The notes under the pieces are model-generated. The model was not told the origin of the DNA. It searched no databases and saw only the letters and a program-made list of their open reading frames with translations. Position numbers and translations under genes: made by a program. Below are positions 45,371 through 54,117 of a stretch of DNA of 64,000 bases, piece by piece. Numbering within the stretch: position 1 is the first letter of the stretch; every line of letters starts with the position of its first letter. Origin of the DNA: a virus; the IMG/VR virus record IMGVR_UViG_3300048997_000225, positions 1 to 64,000 of that record. The stretch is one strand, 5' to 3'.

Positions 45371-47496
45371 ATATCAGAAAAATCTATATCATTATATAGG
45401 GCTGGAGCCACTACGTTATTTAAAATGCTGGCTGCAGATTTTTTACTAGCGGCTTTTTTATCGGACGTAGAACGGATACTTTTAATTGCAGATTTTTTAA
45501 TATTGGCTATCTTTAGTTTGATGTCTTCAGATTGTCCAGACGTATGACTCCGGATAAGATCCATAATTTCCATAACAGCTTCATGTTCAGTAAATTCCAG
45601 ACCGCCTTTTAGAGCTTCTCCGGCTACCGTATCAGCAAGTTTCTTTTTATTTCGCAAAATTTTTATAACATGATTATCAATTGTTTTATCACCATTCATG
45701 CGTTTAGCAACAAGATGAGTGGCTAAAACACTGATATGTTTGGATCCAATACGAATGGCTCGGCCTGTGAGTTGCACATATCTGCCCCAACTAAATGGAG
45801 AATCTATAAAAACAATATGTTCTGCGGATTGCAAGTTAATAGATTCCGAACCAGCGGTCGTAATCAATATTACATTCACGCCAGAATTCATATCACGAAA
45901 CTTCGCAGCATTTTCAAAACGAACTTTTGGATCGTTTTCTTTCCCGGTAATCCTAAGATATTTGATCTTTTCTTTTTTAAATCGAGTTTCAATTAATGAA
46001 ATCATTTTTTCGAATCGCGAGAAAACAATAGTCTTGATATTAGAATCTTCTTCCAAAATATCTATCAGAGTTTCTATTTTGGAAGATTCTCCTTCGAATG
46101 GATTTCCGTCTTCATCCATGAGAAGTTGAGGAGCATTGCATGCTTGCTGCACCATAACCATAGAAGTTATCATGCTGGCAGTATCAGTCTCTGAATTATT
46201 TCCTTCGTTCAATAAACCAAGTTCTGCTATATCATATAATTCTTCTTGTTCTCTAGTCAGAACGCAAGCAATTTCTTTAGTGATTAGTTCCGGGAGTTCT
46301 TTAGCTACTTGATGTTTTTGTCTGGATAAATAAAATGGTTCAATTTTATTTATAAACGATGTTAATTGATCTTTGGTATGTCCAATGACTATCGGGACTT
46401 TTCGTCCACCACCAATAGGTTGTAACTTAGTTAGACAATAATCAGTTTGGAAATGCGATATTTTAGGGAAAAGTTGTGGATAAATAATTCGAAATATACT
46501 AAAGAACTCCATGAGACGGTTTTCAACTGGGGTAGCTGTGAGTCCGATAACGCGTGAACTACAAGCGGCTAATTCTGCACACAACTCATGGATTTTAGAT
46601 TTATGACTCTTGAGCGTATGTATCTCGTCAAAAACGAATACTATTTTGGCTTTGGGATCTCGCTTAATTAATTCTTTGATATGATCCAATAGTCCAGTAG
46701 TTTGAACTGGAGGCTCGACTAAATCTCGAGCTCGATTGAGTTCGAGTTGAGTTTGATGCCATAAATTTCGTGCCGATTTTGCGGCTCGTAATCGTTTTTC
46801 ATCGCCTTCTGTCCAGTTCCCTGGAGGAGCCGGGAACGGAGCATCAGGATCCGACGGCTTCAATACAGCATTCAAATATTCGGAAAAATTCTCGCCCCGA
46901 TTGACAAAATAATCTTCGAACGCTTTTTTCTCTACTTTCAATGCATTTTTAGCAATAATAGCGGCTTTTTTTGCTTTATTTAATAATGATTTGATATTTT
47001 TGTTCGGTTTTTGTTTTTTATCTCGAATAACAGCTGTCTGACTATCCTTTATAATATTATCATAAGTTAGAATCAATAATTTTTTGCGATCGGGGGAATA
47101 ATTATCAAAAAAATCTTTGTAAATACTGGCTCTTTCATATGGTTCGCCGTAGACAACCATGGCTTCCATATTTTGCATGAATTTTTTGATTTCACCATCC
47201 CATTGAAAAATAGCTGATTTTTTAGCAACAACGATTGGTATATATTCGGGTTCAATCATCCAAATATATCCAAGAGTTGTTAAAGTGATGATGGTTTTGC
47301 CAAGTCCAGTTGCATCGGAATTCAAAGTCCGGGTGACTCGGAGCATATCCATGACTCCGATTTTTTGATAATTCCGGAGCTCTACTGGATGACTTTCTCC
47401 ATATTCATCAATATAAATGTTTCGAAGATATGGAGATGGCTTTAAAACCGGATTTTCTAACGTCCGAATTTTTCGTATTTTCTCAATGTCTATCAT
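45367..47496 (-). CDS. SNF2-family (SF2) helicase/translocase
   Basis: 'LRNYQ', 'DATGLGKT', 'FDEIH', 'LTATPVEN', 'GSESINLQSA', 'QLTGRAIRIG'. Confidence 0.93.
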   Translation of the reverse strand: MIDIEKIRKIRTLENPVLKPSPYLRNIYIDEYGESHPVELRNYQKIGVMDMLRVTRTLNSDATGLGKTIITLTTLGYIWMIEPEYIPIVVAKKSAIFQWDGEIKKFMQNMEAMVVYGEPYERASIYKDFFDNYSPDRKKLLILTYDNIIKDSQTAVIRDKKQKPNKNIKSLLNKAKKAAIIAKNALKVEKKAFEDYFVNRGENFSEYLNAVLKPSDPDAPFPAPPGNWTEGDEKRLRAAKSARNLWHQTQLELNRARDLVEPPVQTTGLLDHIKELIKRDPKAKIVFVFDEIHTLKSHKSKIHELCAELAACSSRVIGLTATPVENRLMEFFSIFRIIYPQLFPKISHFQTDYCLTKLQPIGGGRKVPIVIGHTKDQLTSFINKIEPFYLSRQKHQVAKELPELITKEIACVLTREQEELYDIAELGLLNEGNNSETDTASMITSMVMVQQACNAPQLLMDEDGNPFEGESSKIETLIDILEEDSNIKTIVFSRFEKMISLIETRFKKEKIKYLRITGKENDPKVRFENAAKFRDMNSGVNVILITTAGSESINLQSAEHIVFIDSPFSWGRYVQLTGRAIRIGSKHISVLATHLVAKRMNGDKTIDNHVIKILRNKKKLADTVAGEALKGGLEFTEHEAVMEIMDLIRSHTSGQSEDIKLKIANIKKSAIKSIRSTSDKKAASKKSAASILNNVVAPALYNDIDFSDI

Positions 47497-47515
47497 AATT
47501 ATAATGACAAATCAA

Positions 47516-48136
47516 TCAATTAAATGAAAAATACAATCCAGTTAATATACTAGACCGGACTCCATCATAAATTAACGCGTAGCCTGCAAATGGTCCAAAA
47601 TTCTTGGTGATATCTAATCCTACATTTAAACCAACACTCCGTATTCCGGCATGAACACTAGTATTAACTGGCCCTAAATGAAAAAAATCTACGCCAGCGC
47701 CGATATCAAGGAACTGTTGTGATTCTCCACCAAATGATTTAATAAGTTGTGGGACTAACACGCCAGATTCGGCTTTAATCCGAAGTCTAAACATAGGATC
47801 TGGAGGTTGTTCACGATAGGCGACTTGGATAGGCAATGTGGCCTCCATATCCCTTTCTATCGTGGTCCCAAGTTTTAATTTCAAACGTAATGGTTTTTTA
47901 TCTCCACCATCAATATATACTCTATCTTGCCAATCTCGTATAATAATTATCGGATCTTGGATTTCAAGAACGGCTTGGGAATCTTTGATATCCTTTAATT
48001 CTTGAACAGCTTTCGTGACTTCGTCACGTTGTGGCTCAGTTAAACAAACAACATATTGTGGCGGACAATCATTAATCAATAATGTAGTGGATGGTTGTAA
48101 AGCTAAAACTAAAGACGTCAAAAATAAAGGTGTCAT
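47516..48136 (-). CDS. secreted or outer-membrane protein (signal peptide, C-terminal amphipathic beta strands)
   Basis: N-terminal hydrophobic signal; C-terminus 'SILTGLYFSFN'. Confidence 0.55.
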   Translation of the reverse strand: MTPLFLTSLVLALQPSTTLLINDCPPQYVVCLTEPQRDEVTKAVQELKDIKDSQAVLEIQDPIIIIRDWQDRVYIDGGDKKPLRLKLKLGTTIERDMEATLPIQVAYREQPPDPMFRLRIKAESGVLVPQLIKSFGGESQQFLDIGAGVDFFHLGPVNTSVHAGIRSVGLNVGLDITKNFGPFAGYALIYDGVRSSILTGLYFSFN

Positions 48137-48645
48137 TTTTTCCCTTTCAAAATATCCAAAACGTTATCTGGATTCACTCCAGTGTCGTGATTTCGAACTT
48201 CATAAATATCGGGAGACACTTCAATCACTTCTTGGACGTCTTTATTTTTAACACCATTAGGTAACTGAACTGTTACGGTCCCTTTATCTGGATGAATGAT
48301 TTGAATAGTGTCTGGATTACTGAATATTCCGGGTTCTACAATAGTTGTAGCAACTGGAGCTTGAACATATCCTTTATCATCGGACATTCCGAGTGGAATC
48401 ATAGTTCCGTCAGGATTTTTCCTATCTGATGGAGGAATACCTCGAGCAGATGGTTTTTTGGAATCCCAAAGTTTACTCAAAAGCCCACCGATTTGAAATG
48501 TTTTCCCGCTAATAAGCATTGCCACCGCAACAACGATCAAAAGAATCGTCAGTGCAGTGGCTAATGGATATTTAAGAATTAAGTTGTAAAGATTGCGGAA
48601 AAAAACTACTATATATGACCAAATTATGTTGAAGAATTTTTTCAC
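48133..48645 (-). CDS. single-TM membrane protein
   Basis: 'ALTILLIVVAVAMLI'; ATGA-coupled to 47516..48136. Confidence 0.6.
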   Translation of the reverse strand: MKKFFNIIWSYIVVFFRNLYNLILKYPLATALTILLIVVAVAMLISGKTFQIGGLLSKLWDSKKPSARGIPPSDRKNPDGTMIPLGMSDDKGYVQAPVATTIVEPGIFSNPDTIQIIHPDKGTVTVQLPNGVKNKDVQEVIEVSPDIYEVRNHDTGVNPDNVLDILKGKK

Positions 48646-48673
48646 ATAAAGATCATACCAATTAGGATCTCAA

Positions 48674-49648
48674 TCAAATATTATCGTCCGAGCAACAGAA
48701 TTCACCAACTCTCAATTGAACGCATTTGCTCGGATTAGGGTTAGTCATATGAGTGAATTGAGGATTATTGGTGCAATCATACAGATTGGAATGTACAGGA
48801 TCTTTGCAGGAAGATGAGCTGTAAGTGAATTTGCATTGATTCACGTCCGTATCGCAACACCATACGTCAGGAATACCAGAGGATTTGCAAGTACTGGCCG
48901 GTGCCACAGGCACATTAGCAGGATTGGTCCCAGTATTCGGACATCGGTATTCAAGAGGATTGGACATGTTATATCCAGTGCAAGCCGCAGGAATAGTCTT
49001 ATCACGAACGCAACCTTGGCATTTATTAGATACGCAAGCTTGAAATAGCGGGCAAGCTTGAAGCTCGGTGAATACCGAACAATCGACAACTGTCGATCCG
49101 CCGCATCCTGTTGGAACATGTCCACATTCAGCATGAGCTGCTGCACAGGCATCTTTATCTGACAATGGAACACATTGTGCACATTTGTTAGGTTCATTCT
49201 TTCCACATAGACCGGGATCTTCTGCTCCCCAGAGTCCAGTGCATTTGGTGGAACATTGAACAAAATGTCCACATGAATCCGGAACCATTCCGCAGTATCC
49301 AGCGGGACAAGCTTGGGGAACGCATACGGAAGAACCGCCACTTCCACCGGTCCCGTTACCGCTTCCACCGCTACTTGTCGTGCCGCCGGTCCCTCCGGTA
49401 CTTCCGCCGGTCCATCCGGTACTTGTCGTGCCGCCGGTGCCGACGTCTGTACCACCGGTGCCAGCATCTCCTCCAGAGTTCTGGCCGGCATTTCCGCCGG
49501 TACCGGCGCTGCCTGCTGTTCCTACGATACGATTGTTAGATGCAGAGGAATCACTTCCTCCACAAGCGATGATGAAATGAGTTGATGAAATGAGAATGAT
49601 ACTGAAAAAATTTTTGAAATTGGTCATGATGCCAACTACATCACCCAT
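48674..49648 (-). CDS. Cys-rich lipoprotein with Gly/Thr/Ser linker (myxobacterial style)
   Basis: Lipobox-like 'IIA|CGG'; 'GTGGSGG' linker; repeats 'CVP..C....CG.VP..CG..V.C'. Confidence 0.8.
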   Translation of the reverse strand: MGDVVGIMTNFKNFFSIILISSTHFIIACGGSDSSASNNRIVGTAGSAGTGGNAGQNSGGDAGTGGTDVGTGGTTSTGWTGGSTGGTGGTTSSGGSGNGTGGSGGSSVCVPQACPAGYCGMVPDSCGHFVQCSTKCTGLWGAEDPGLCGKNEPNKCAQCVPLSDKDACAAAHAECGHVPTGCGGSTVVDCSVFTELQACPLFQACVSNKCQGCVRDKTIPAACTGYNMSNPLEYRCPNTGTNPANVPVAPASTCKSSGIPDVWCCDTDVNQCKFTYSSSSCKDPVHSNLYDCTNNPQFTHMTNPNPSKCVQLRVGEFCCSDDNI

Positions 49649-49656
49649 TCCAAGAT

Positions 49657-52600
49657 TTACGAGAAGTTAGCAACTGACGTAAACAATCCTTTATTATGTA
49701 TCATACTTCCGCCCAATGTAAATACTTTGCTAGTGGTTGCCGGATCATAATTGGTTTCCAATCCTAAGATCGGAATAGTGGTTGGCTGATTCCCTACCAA
49801 AGCAAGAGAAGTACCTATCCTGGTATTAAATTGTGCCGAAACCCCTGACCTATCTAGACAATTCCCATATGCATTAAGACGGGTCCCAGTTCCAAAATCT
49901 GAAGCCCTCCATATGTTGACTTGAATGCCTGTATCACTGGAATTATTGGAATATATAGTGTTTTTGAATACATTTATCGTCCCCAGCGATTGTCCAGTAA
50001 TACACAATAATCCACTAACTCCAGAAGAATTCCCACATAATGATATTACATTGGATTCAAATTCAATGATTCCAACGAAATTTCCAGGCAATATCGCAAT
50101 GCCTTGATGTTCCATTGCAGTGATTGTGTTGTTCCTCACGAATAAATTATCAGTGACTCCTGAAAATGATCCAATACCATGGCGATTAGTGAATGACCCA
50201 TCTAATTGACATAGTTCGATGATTATTCCAGAAAAACCAGTTGGAGCTGATGCCCAGCTAGTAAAATCAGATGATAACAATATCATTGCGGCGTTATTGG
50301 CCGTAGGAAACACCATGCCGTTGACTTGAACATTCCTGATTACGAGTCTTGGACTATTTAAATCATTGTCGCTATTGGGAGTTAATAATACAACAGCGTT
50401 CGCATACCAATCACCAACAGTAAAATCATTATTTAAACGAACATCATCAACGGTGATTTTAGTAAAAGAATTAAATGGTCTTAAGAATATTCTGGACACC
50501 GGTATTGCACCCGGAGTCAAAACAGTCCAATCTTCCATTATAATATGATTGATAAATGATTCTCCATAACCATTAATAAATATATCAGGAAAATCAGGTT
50601 GAGAAATCAAGTTGATAAATCGTATATCTCGGACAGTTACATCCCAACCTGATGCTACTAAAAAGCCACTGACATTCTCGGATATTCCTCCCGATCCATA
50701 ATTCTGCATGAATGACGCTCCGCATAACGTCATTGGACCATATTTAGATAGACCAGTATCAAATGTGATACCTTCTATGGTTAACTTTCCACGTGCTTTA
50801 AATGAATTATTGGATGAAGATCCAATTCCTACGCCAACAATCATTGCATGTGGTGAGGTTGTACTATCTGATGCATTAGTCCATGTACCGCCGCGAATAT
50901 GGACATTATCAATCGATACGACAGGATCTGTTCCATAATTGTATGCTAACGGACCATTGAAACCGGTTGGACAGATATGGAAGAAAATAGGGCTCCCTGA
51001 TCCAAGACTATTAGTTGATATATTGCAATCATATAGTCGTAATTTCCCAATTCTTAGACCAGCTCCGACATATGCTTCAGCTGTTCCAGGCAGAAAATCT
51101 ATAACTCCACCACCATTTTGAAGATTCCCACCAACATTATCAACACGTCCTGGAAAATAACTGCCGCCTTCAAATGTTATTTCATTCACAAATATGGAAC
51201 CAGGAGCACCTGTGAGTTCTAATCTGACAATCGGAGAATTGGCTTGGCTACCGATGAATGCGTCTTCAAATCTAATATAATCAACAAATGTTGTCGTATT
51301 CCAGATAAATCTTACAGAAGCCGGTGTGGAAGTACCAAAAGTACTTTCTACTGTTGTGACATTCTTAGCTGAGAATTTCAATGTAAGATTAGTGATTTCA
51401 ATATGACCATGTTGATAAAGAATATTTTCTAATTCAACGTGCGAAGCGCCAATAATTTGAATTATAGGTGAGTCTTGAGCAGCCGTGGACTTGATGTCAA
51501 GTCCTTTCAAAGTTATCATCCCGCCAACATTGGGCCCAGTCAAGATTGGGCCCGGGACCTGATTGATTAATCTGGCAAATCCTGCGAAATTGCTTTGTGG
51601 TACACAAGCACTGATGATTTCAATATGATCAAATGTCGAAAAGTTATATGGTGTGGTGTTAGTATAATCTCCTCGTTTAATTATGAAACGAGCAAAAGTG
51701 ATTCCTCGGAAATTGCAATAAGCGATGGCTTTACTGATCGCATCAGGACCTTCAAAATCTCCTTTGGAGAGAGTCCCATCACCACATACGATAGTGGTCT
51801 TTCCATCCTGAGACCGACCGGCATTGATAGATTGTAATAAACAATATGCTGATGTATTAGGAGCTCCTAAAAATGGGACATCACCAATTTGTAAATTAGG
51901 ATGCGAGACTGACGATATTCGTAAGTATTTATCACTGAAAAATGCGCTTCCGGCAGTTTCTGTGTTAGCGTCTGCCAAACGCAATGGACCGTTCGAATTA
52001 TATAATGGAGCATCTTTGATATTCAAATAATCAGATAGTCCAGGGTTTCCTGATTCATGAGCATATTCAAATGCATCAAATGTACTTCCAGTTTCACTTG
52101 CCCAGCGTGCTATAAAGTGCTTTGGAGCCCCGTTATAAAAATTATCAGGATCTAAGTCAAATAAGAATGTTGGCGAACGAGGGACAGGATTCCCGTCGTT
52201 ACCAGTGGAACGAATATTATTAGTGACTAATGCTATAGTATCTCGGGCCGAATTTAATCGAGTGGTTTGTCGAATAGTGTTATCAAACCAATCATAAATA
52301 GATTGGGCTACTGATTCAGGTAATACCCCCATCGGATCAGCCACCACACTGCGACCCGCAGAAAATATTCCATTAGTGACTATTCCTGAAGATGTGCCAG
52401 CACCTGAAGCTGGTTCAGCAAAATCCAAACCTCGAGTTATAGGTCCAGACGTCAGAGCTTTAGCCAGAAAACTCTGGACTCCCGATTCCATATCAGGTTT
52501 AATATCACCAAATTCTTGGACTTCTGGAAGCAGAGCTTGGACTTCATATGCACTTGCGTCCGATAACGCGGCTCGCATTCTGGGAGCTAAAACAGGATTG

Positions 52601-53958
52601 GGTAATGCTGCATTATCACCAGTTATTGTTGAAGCTACGAGCCCCATACGAATCAGAGTCGTTGGATTGCCAGTGACTATGATTTGGCTTGTAGAACCAC
52701 GAGTCCACGATCGAATCCGTATATCACTAGCACCATAAGGTTCCGCTATATATGCGCCTTTATAAATCCCGGGCATCAAACCAATCATGCGCAGGAATGT
52801 AGCTGACGGCATTTGTGTAAAGCCGATTGCTGCTGTTGAAATTTCGATCGATGAAGTCAATCCGTTAGCGTTGGATGACTGAATTGATATAAATTGTTTG
52901 GAGCCGATTATTATGGTTGTTGCAATGGCTCCGGTTAACTGCGATTGAATAGCTGCAGCTAAGTCCGTTGCTGAATGCGTGGATGCTCCAATGTTTATAA
53001 CTTGAGGAGCCCCGCCATCTACAGAAATACTAAACTGGCTTCCCGGACCATTATATGGTCCGGTCACAGTTGAAATCACCCTAGCATAACTAATTCCACC
53101 AACATTAGATGCATATTGTTGATTGATTCTATCAATAACTTGATCTCGAGTATATGGAGGAGATGGAAAACTGATAACAAATGAATTCCCATCAACATTG
53201 AATGTTATAGAGTCCGTTCCATCTAGTGCTGCAAAGTTACTGTTATATGTGTAAGCATATGCTGGAGATGGCAAATTTACATAATATTTAATGCGATAAT
53301 TAGTGCCGTCAAATATAATTCGGCCTCGAATGGCTAATCCGCCTGGTATATCAACTGTTCGAATTAATTTTCCGAACAATATTGCATGGACAGCATGGAC
53401 AGCTTCAGTGGTTAATGGTATACTATCGCGTGTTGTTAATAAAACTTCTCCTCCTTTTAAATCAGGAGTTTGAGTGAGAATCCCACGAGTGGGTCCATCA
53501 AATCCGGTATAAGTCCCGGCCACAAGTCCTAATTTTGCAAGAACTGAAGGACCGGCATCAGACAGAACAATAGATTGACTAGCTCCAGCTCCAGGAGTTC
53601 GAAGTTGTAACACTCCACCTAAGTCGAATGCGATATCTGATCCAATAACAGAATTGATTTTGGTGGCAACTCGTGACGTTATAATGTCAGTGCCAACAAA
53701 TGTGACAGTCTGAATCGGCCCACTATTAATTCGTATATTAATAGCATCGCCACCTAATATAGCATAAGGCGAATTATTACTACTTTTAACAGAAGCCGGA
53801 ACATCCAGTTCGGCGCCGTTGGGAATATCAGTGATAAAATAGGGATTTAAATCAGATGGTGAAAGAACAGTCTCAGATGTATGTGGGATGATTGAATATC
53901 CAGCAAGTACAAATTTAGTATTTGCTGAATGAATCTGCTCTTTGCGCGGCTGTGTCAT
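49657..53958 (-). CDS. large virion protein / tail fibre with C-terminal beta-helix (pectin-lyase-like) region
   Basis: 1433 aa, G/S/T/N-rich; repeated N-terminal modules; 'NNTI', 'SNVI', 'KNTI', 'GNCL' beta-helix turns. Confidence 0.7.
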   Translation of the reverse strand: MTQPRKEQIHSANTKFVLAGYSIIPHTSETVLSPSDLNPYFITDIPNGAELDVPASVKSSNNSPYAILGGDAINIRINSGPIQTVTFVGTDIITSRVATKINSVIGSDIAFDLGGVLQLRTPGAGASQSIVLSDAGPSVLAKLGLVAGTYTGFDGPTRGILTQTPDLKGGEVLLTTRDSIPLTTEAVHAVHAILFGKLIRTVDIPGGLAIRGRIIFDGTNYRIKYYVNLPSPAYAYTYNSNFAALDGTDSITFNVDGNSFVISFPSPPYTRDQVIDRINQQYASNVGGISYARVISTVTGPYNGPGSQFSISVDGGAPQVINIGASTHSATDLAAAIQSQLTGAIATTIIIGSKQFISIQSSNANGLTSSIEISTAAIGFTQMPSATFLRMIGLMPGIYKGAYIAEPYGASDIRIRSWTRGSTSQIIVTGNPTTLIRMGLVASTITGDNAALPNPVLAPRMRAALSDASAYEVQALLPEVQEFGDIKPDMESGVQSFLAKALTSGPITRGLDFAEPASGAGTSSGIVTNGIFSAGRSVVADPMGVLPESVAQSIYDWFDNTIRQTTRLNSARDTIALVTNNIRSTGNDGNPVPRSPTFLFDLDPDNFYNGAPKHFIARWASETGSTFDAFEYAHESGNPGLSDYLNIKDAPLYNSNGPLRLADANTETAGSAFFSDKYLRISSVSHPNLQIGDVPFLGAPNTSAYCLLQSINAGRSQDGKTTIVCGDGTLSKGDFEGPDAISKAIAYCNFRGITFARFIIKRGDYTNTTPYNFSTFDHIEIISACVPQSNFAGFARLINQVPGPILTGPNVGGMITLKGLDIKSTAAQDSPIIQIIGASHVELENILYQHGHIEITNLTLKFSAKNVTTVESTFGTSTPASVRFIWNTTTFVDYIRFEDAFIGSQANSPIVRLELTGAPGSIFVNEITFEGGSYFPGRVDNVGGNLQNGGGVIDFLPGTAEAYVGAGLRIGKLRLYDCNISTNSLGSGSPIFFHICPTGFNGPLAYNYGTDPVVSIDNVHIRGGTWTNASDSTTSPHAMIVGVGIGSSSNNSFKARGKLTIEGITFDTGLSKYGPMTLCGASFMQNYGSGGISENVSGFLVASGWDVTVRDIRFINLISQPDFPDIFINGYGESFINHIIMEDWTVLTPGAIPVSRIFLRPFNSFTKITVDDVRLNNDFTVGDWYANAVVLLTPNSDNDLNSPRLVIRNVQVNGMVFPTANNAAMILLSSDFTSWASAPTGFSGIIIELCQLDGSFTNRHGIGSFSGVTDNLFVRNNTITAMEHQGIAILPGNFVGIIEFESNVISLCGNSSGVSGLLCITGQSLGTINVFKNTIYSNNSSDTGIQVNIWRASDFGTGTRLNAYGNCLDRSGVSAQFNTRIGTSLALVGNQPTTIPILGLETNYDPATTSKVFTLGGSMIHNKGLFTSVANFS

Positions 53959-54034
53959 ATAAAATAAATCCTCTATTCCAGAAAAGATTAAAAGGGACGG
54001 GAATCTTTATGATTTAGACAGTAAGAACTATATA

Positions 54035-54070
54035 ATGATAATCCAGTCCAATATTGGACTGGATTATCAT
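54035..54070. repeat. perfect 36-bp palindrome (hairpin/terminator-like)
   Basis: ATGATAATCCAGTCCAAT|ATTGGACTGGATTATCAT. Confidence 0.85.
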
Positions 54071-54117
54071 CGGGTCCAGCAATCTTCCCGTATTGGACCG
54101 AATCTCATATAATCTCC

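Noticed and set aside
48841-49585. Alternative-frame and antisense ORFs over the lipoprotein gene
   Set aside because: By-products of GC-rich Gly/Thr codon repeats.
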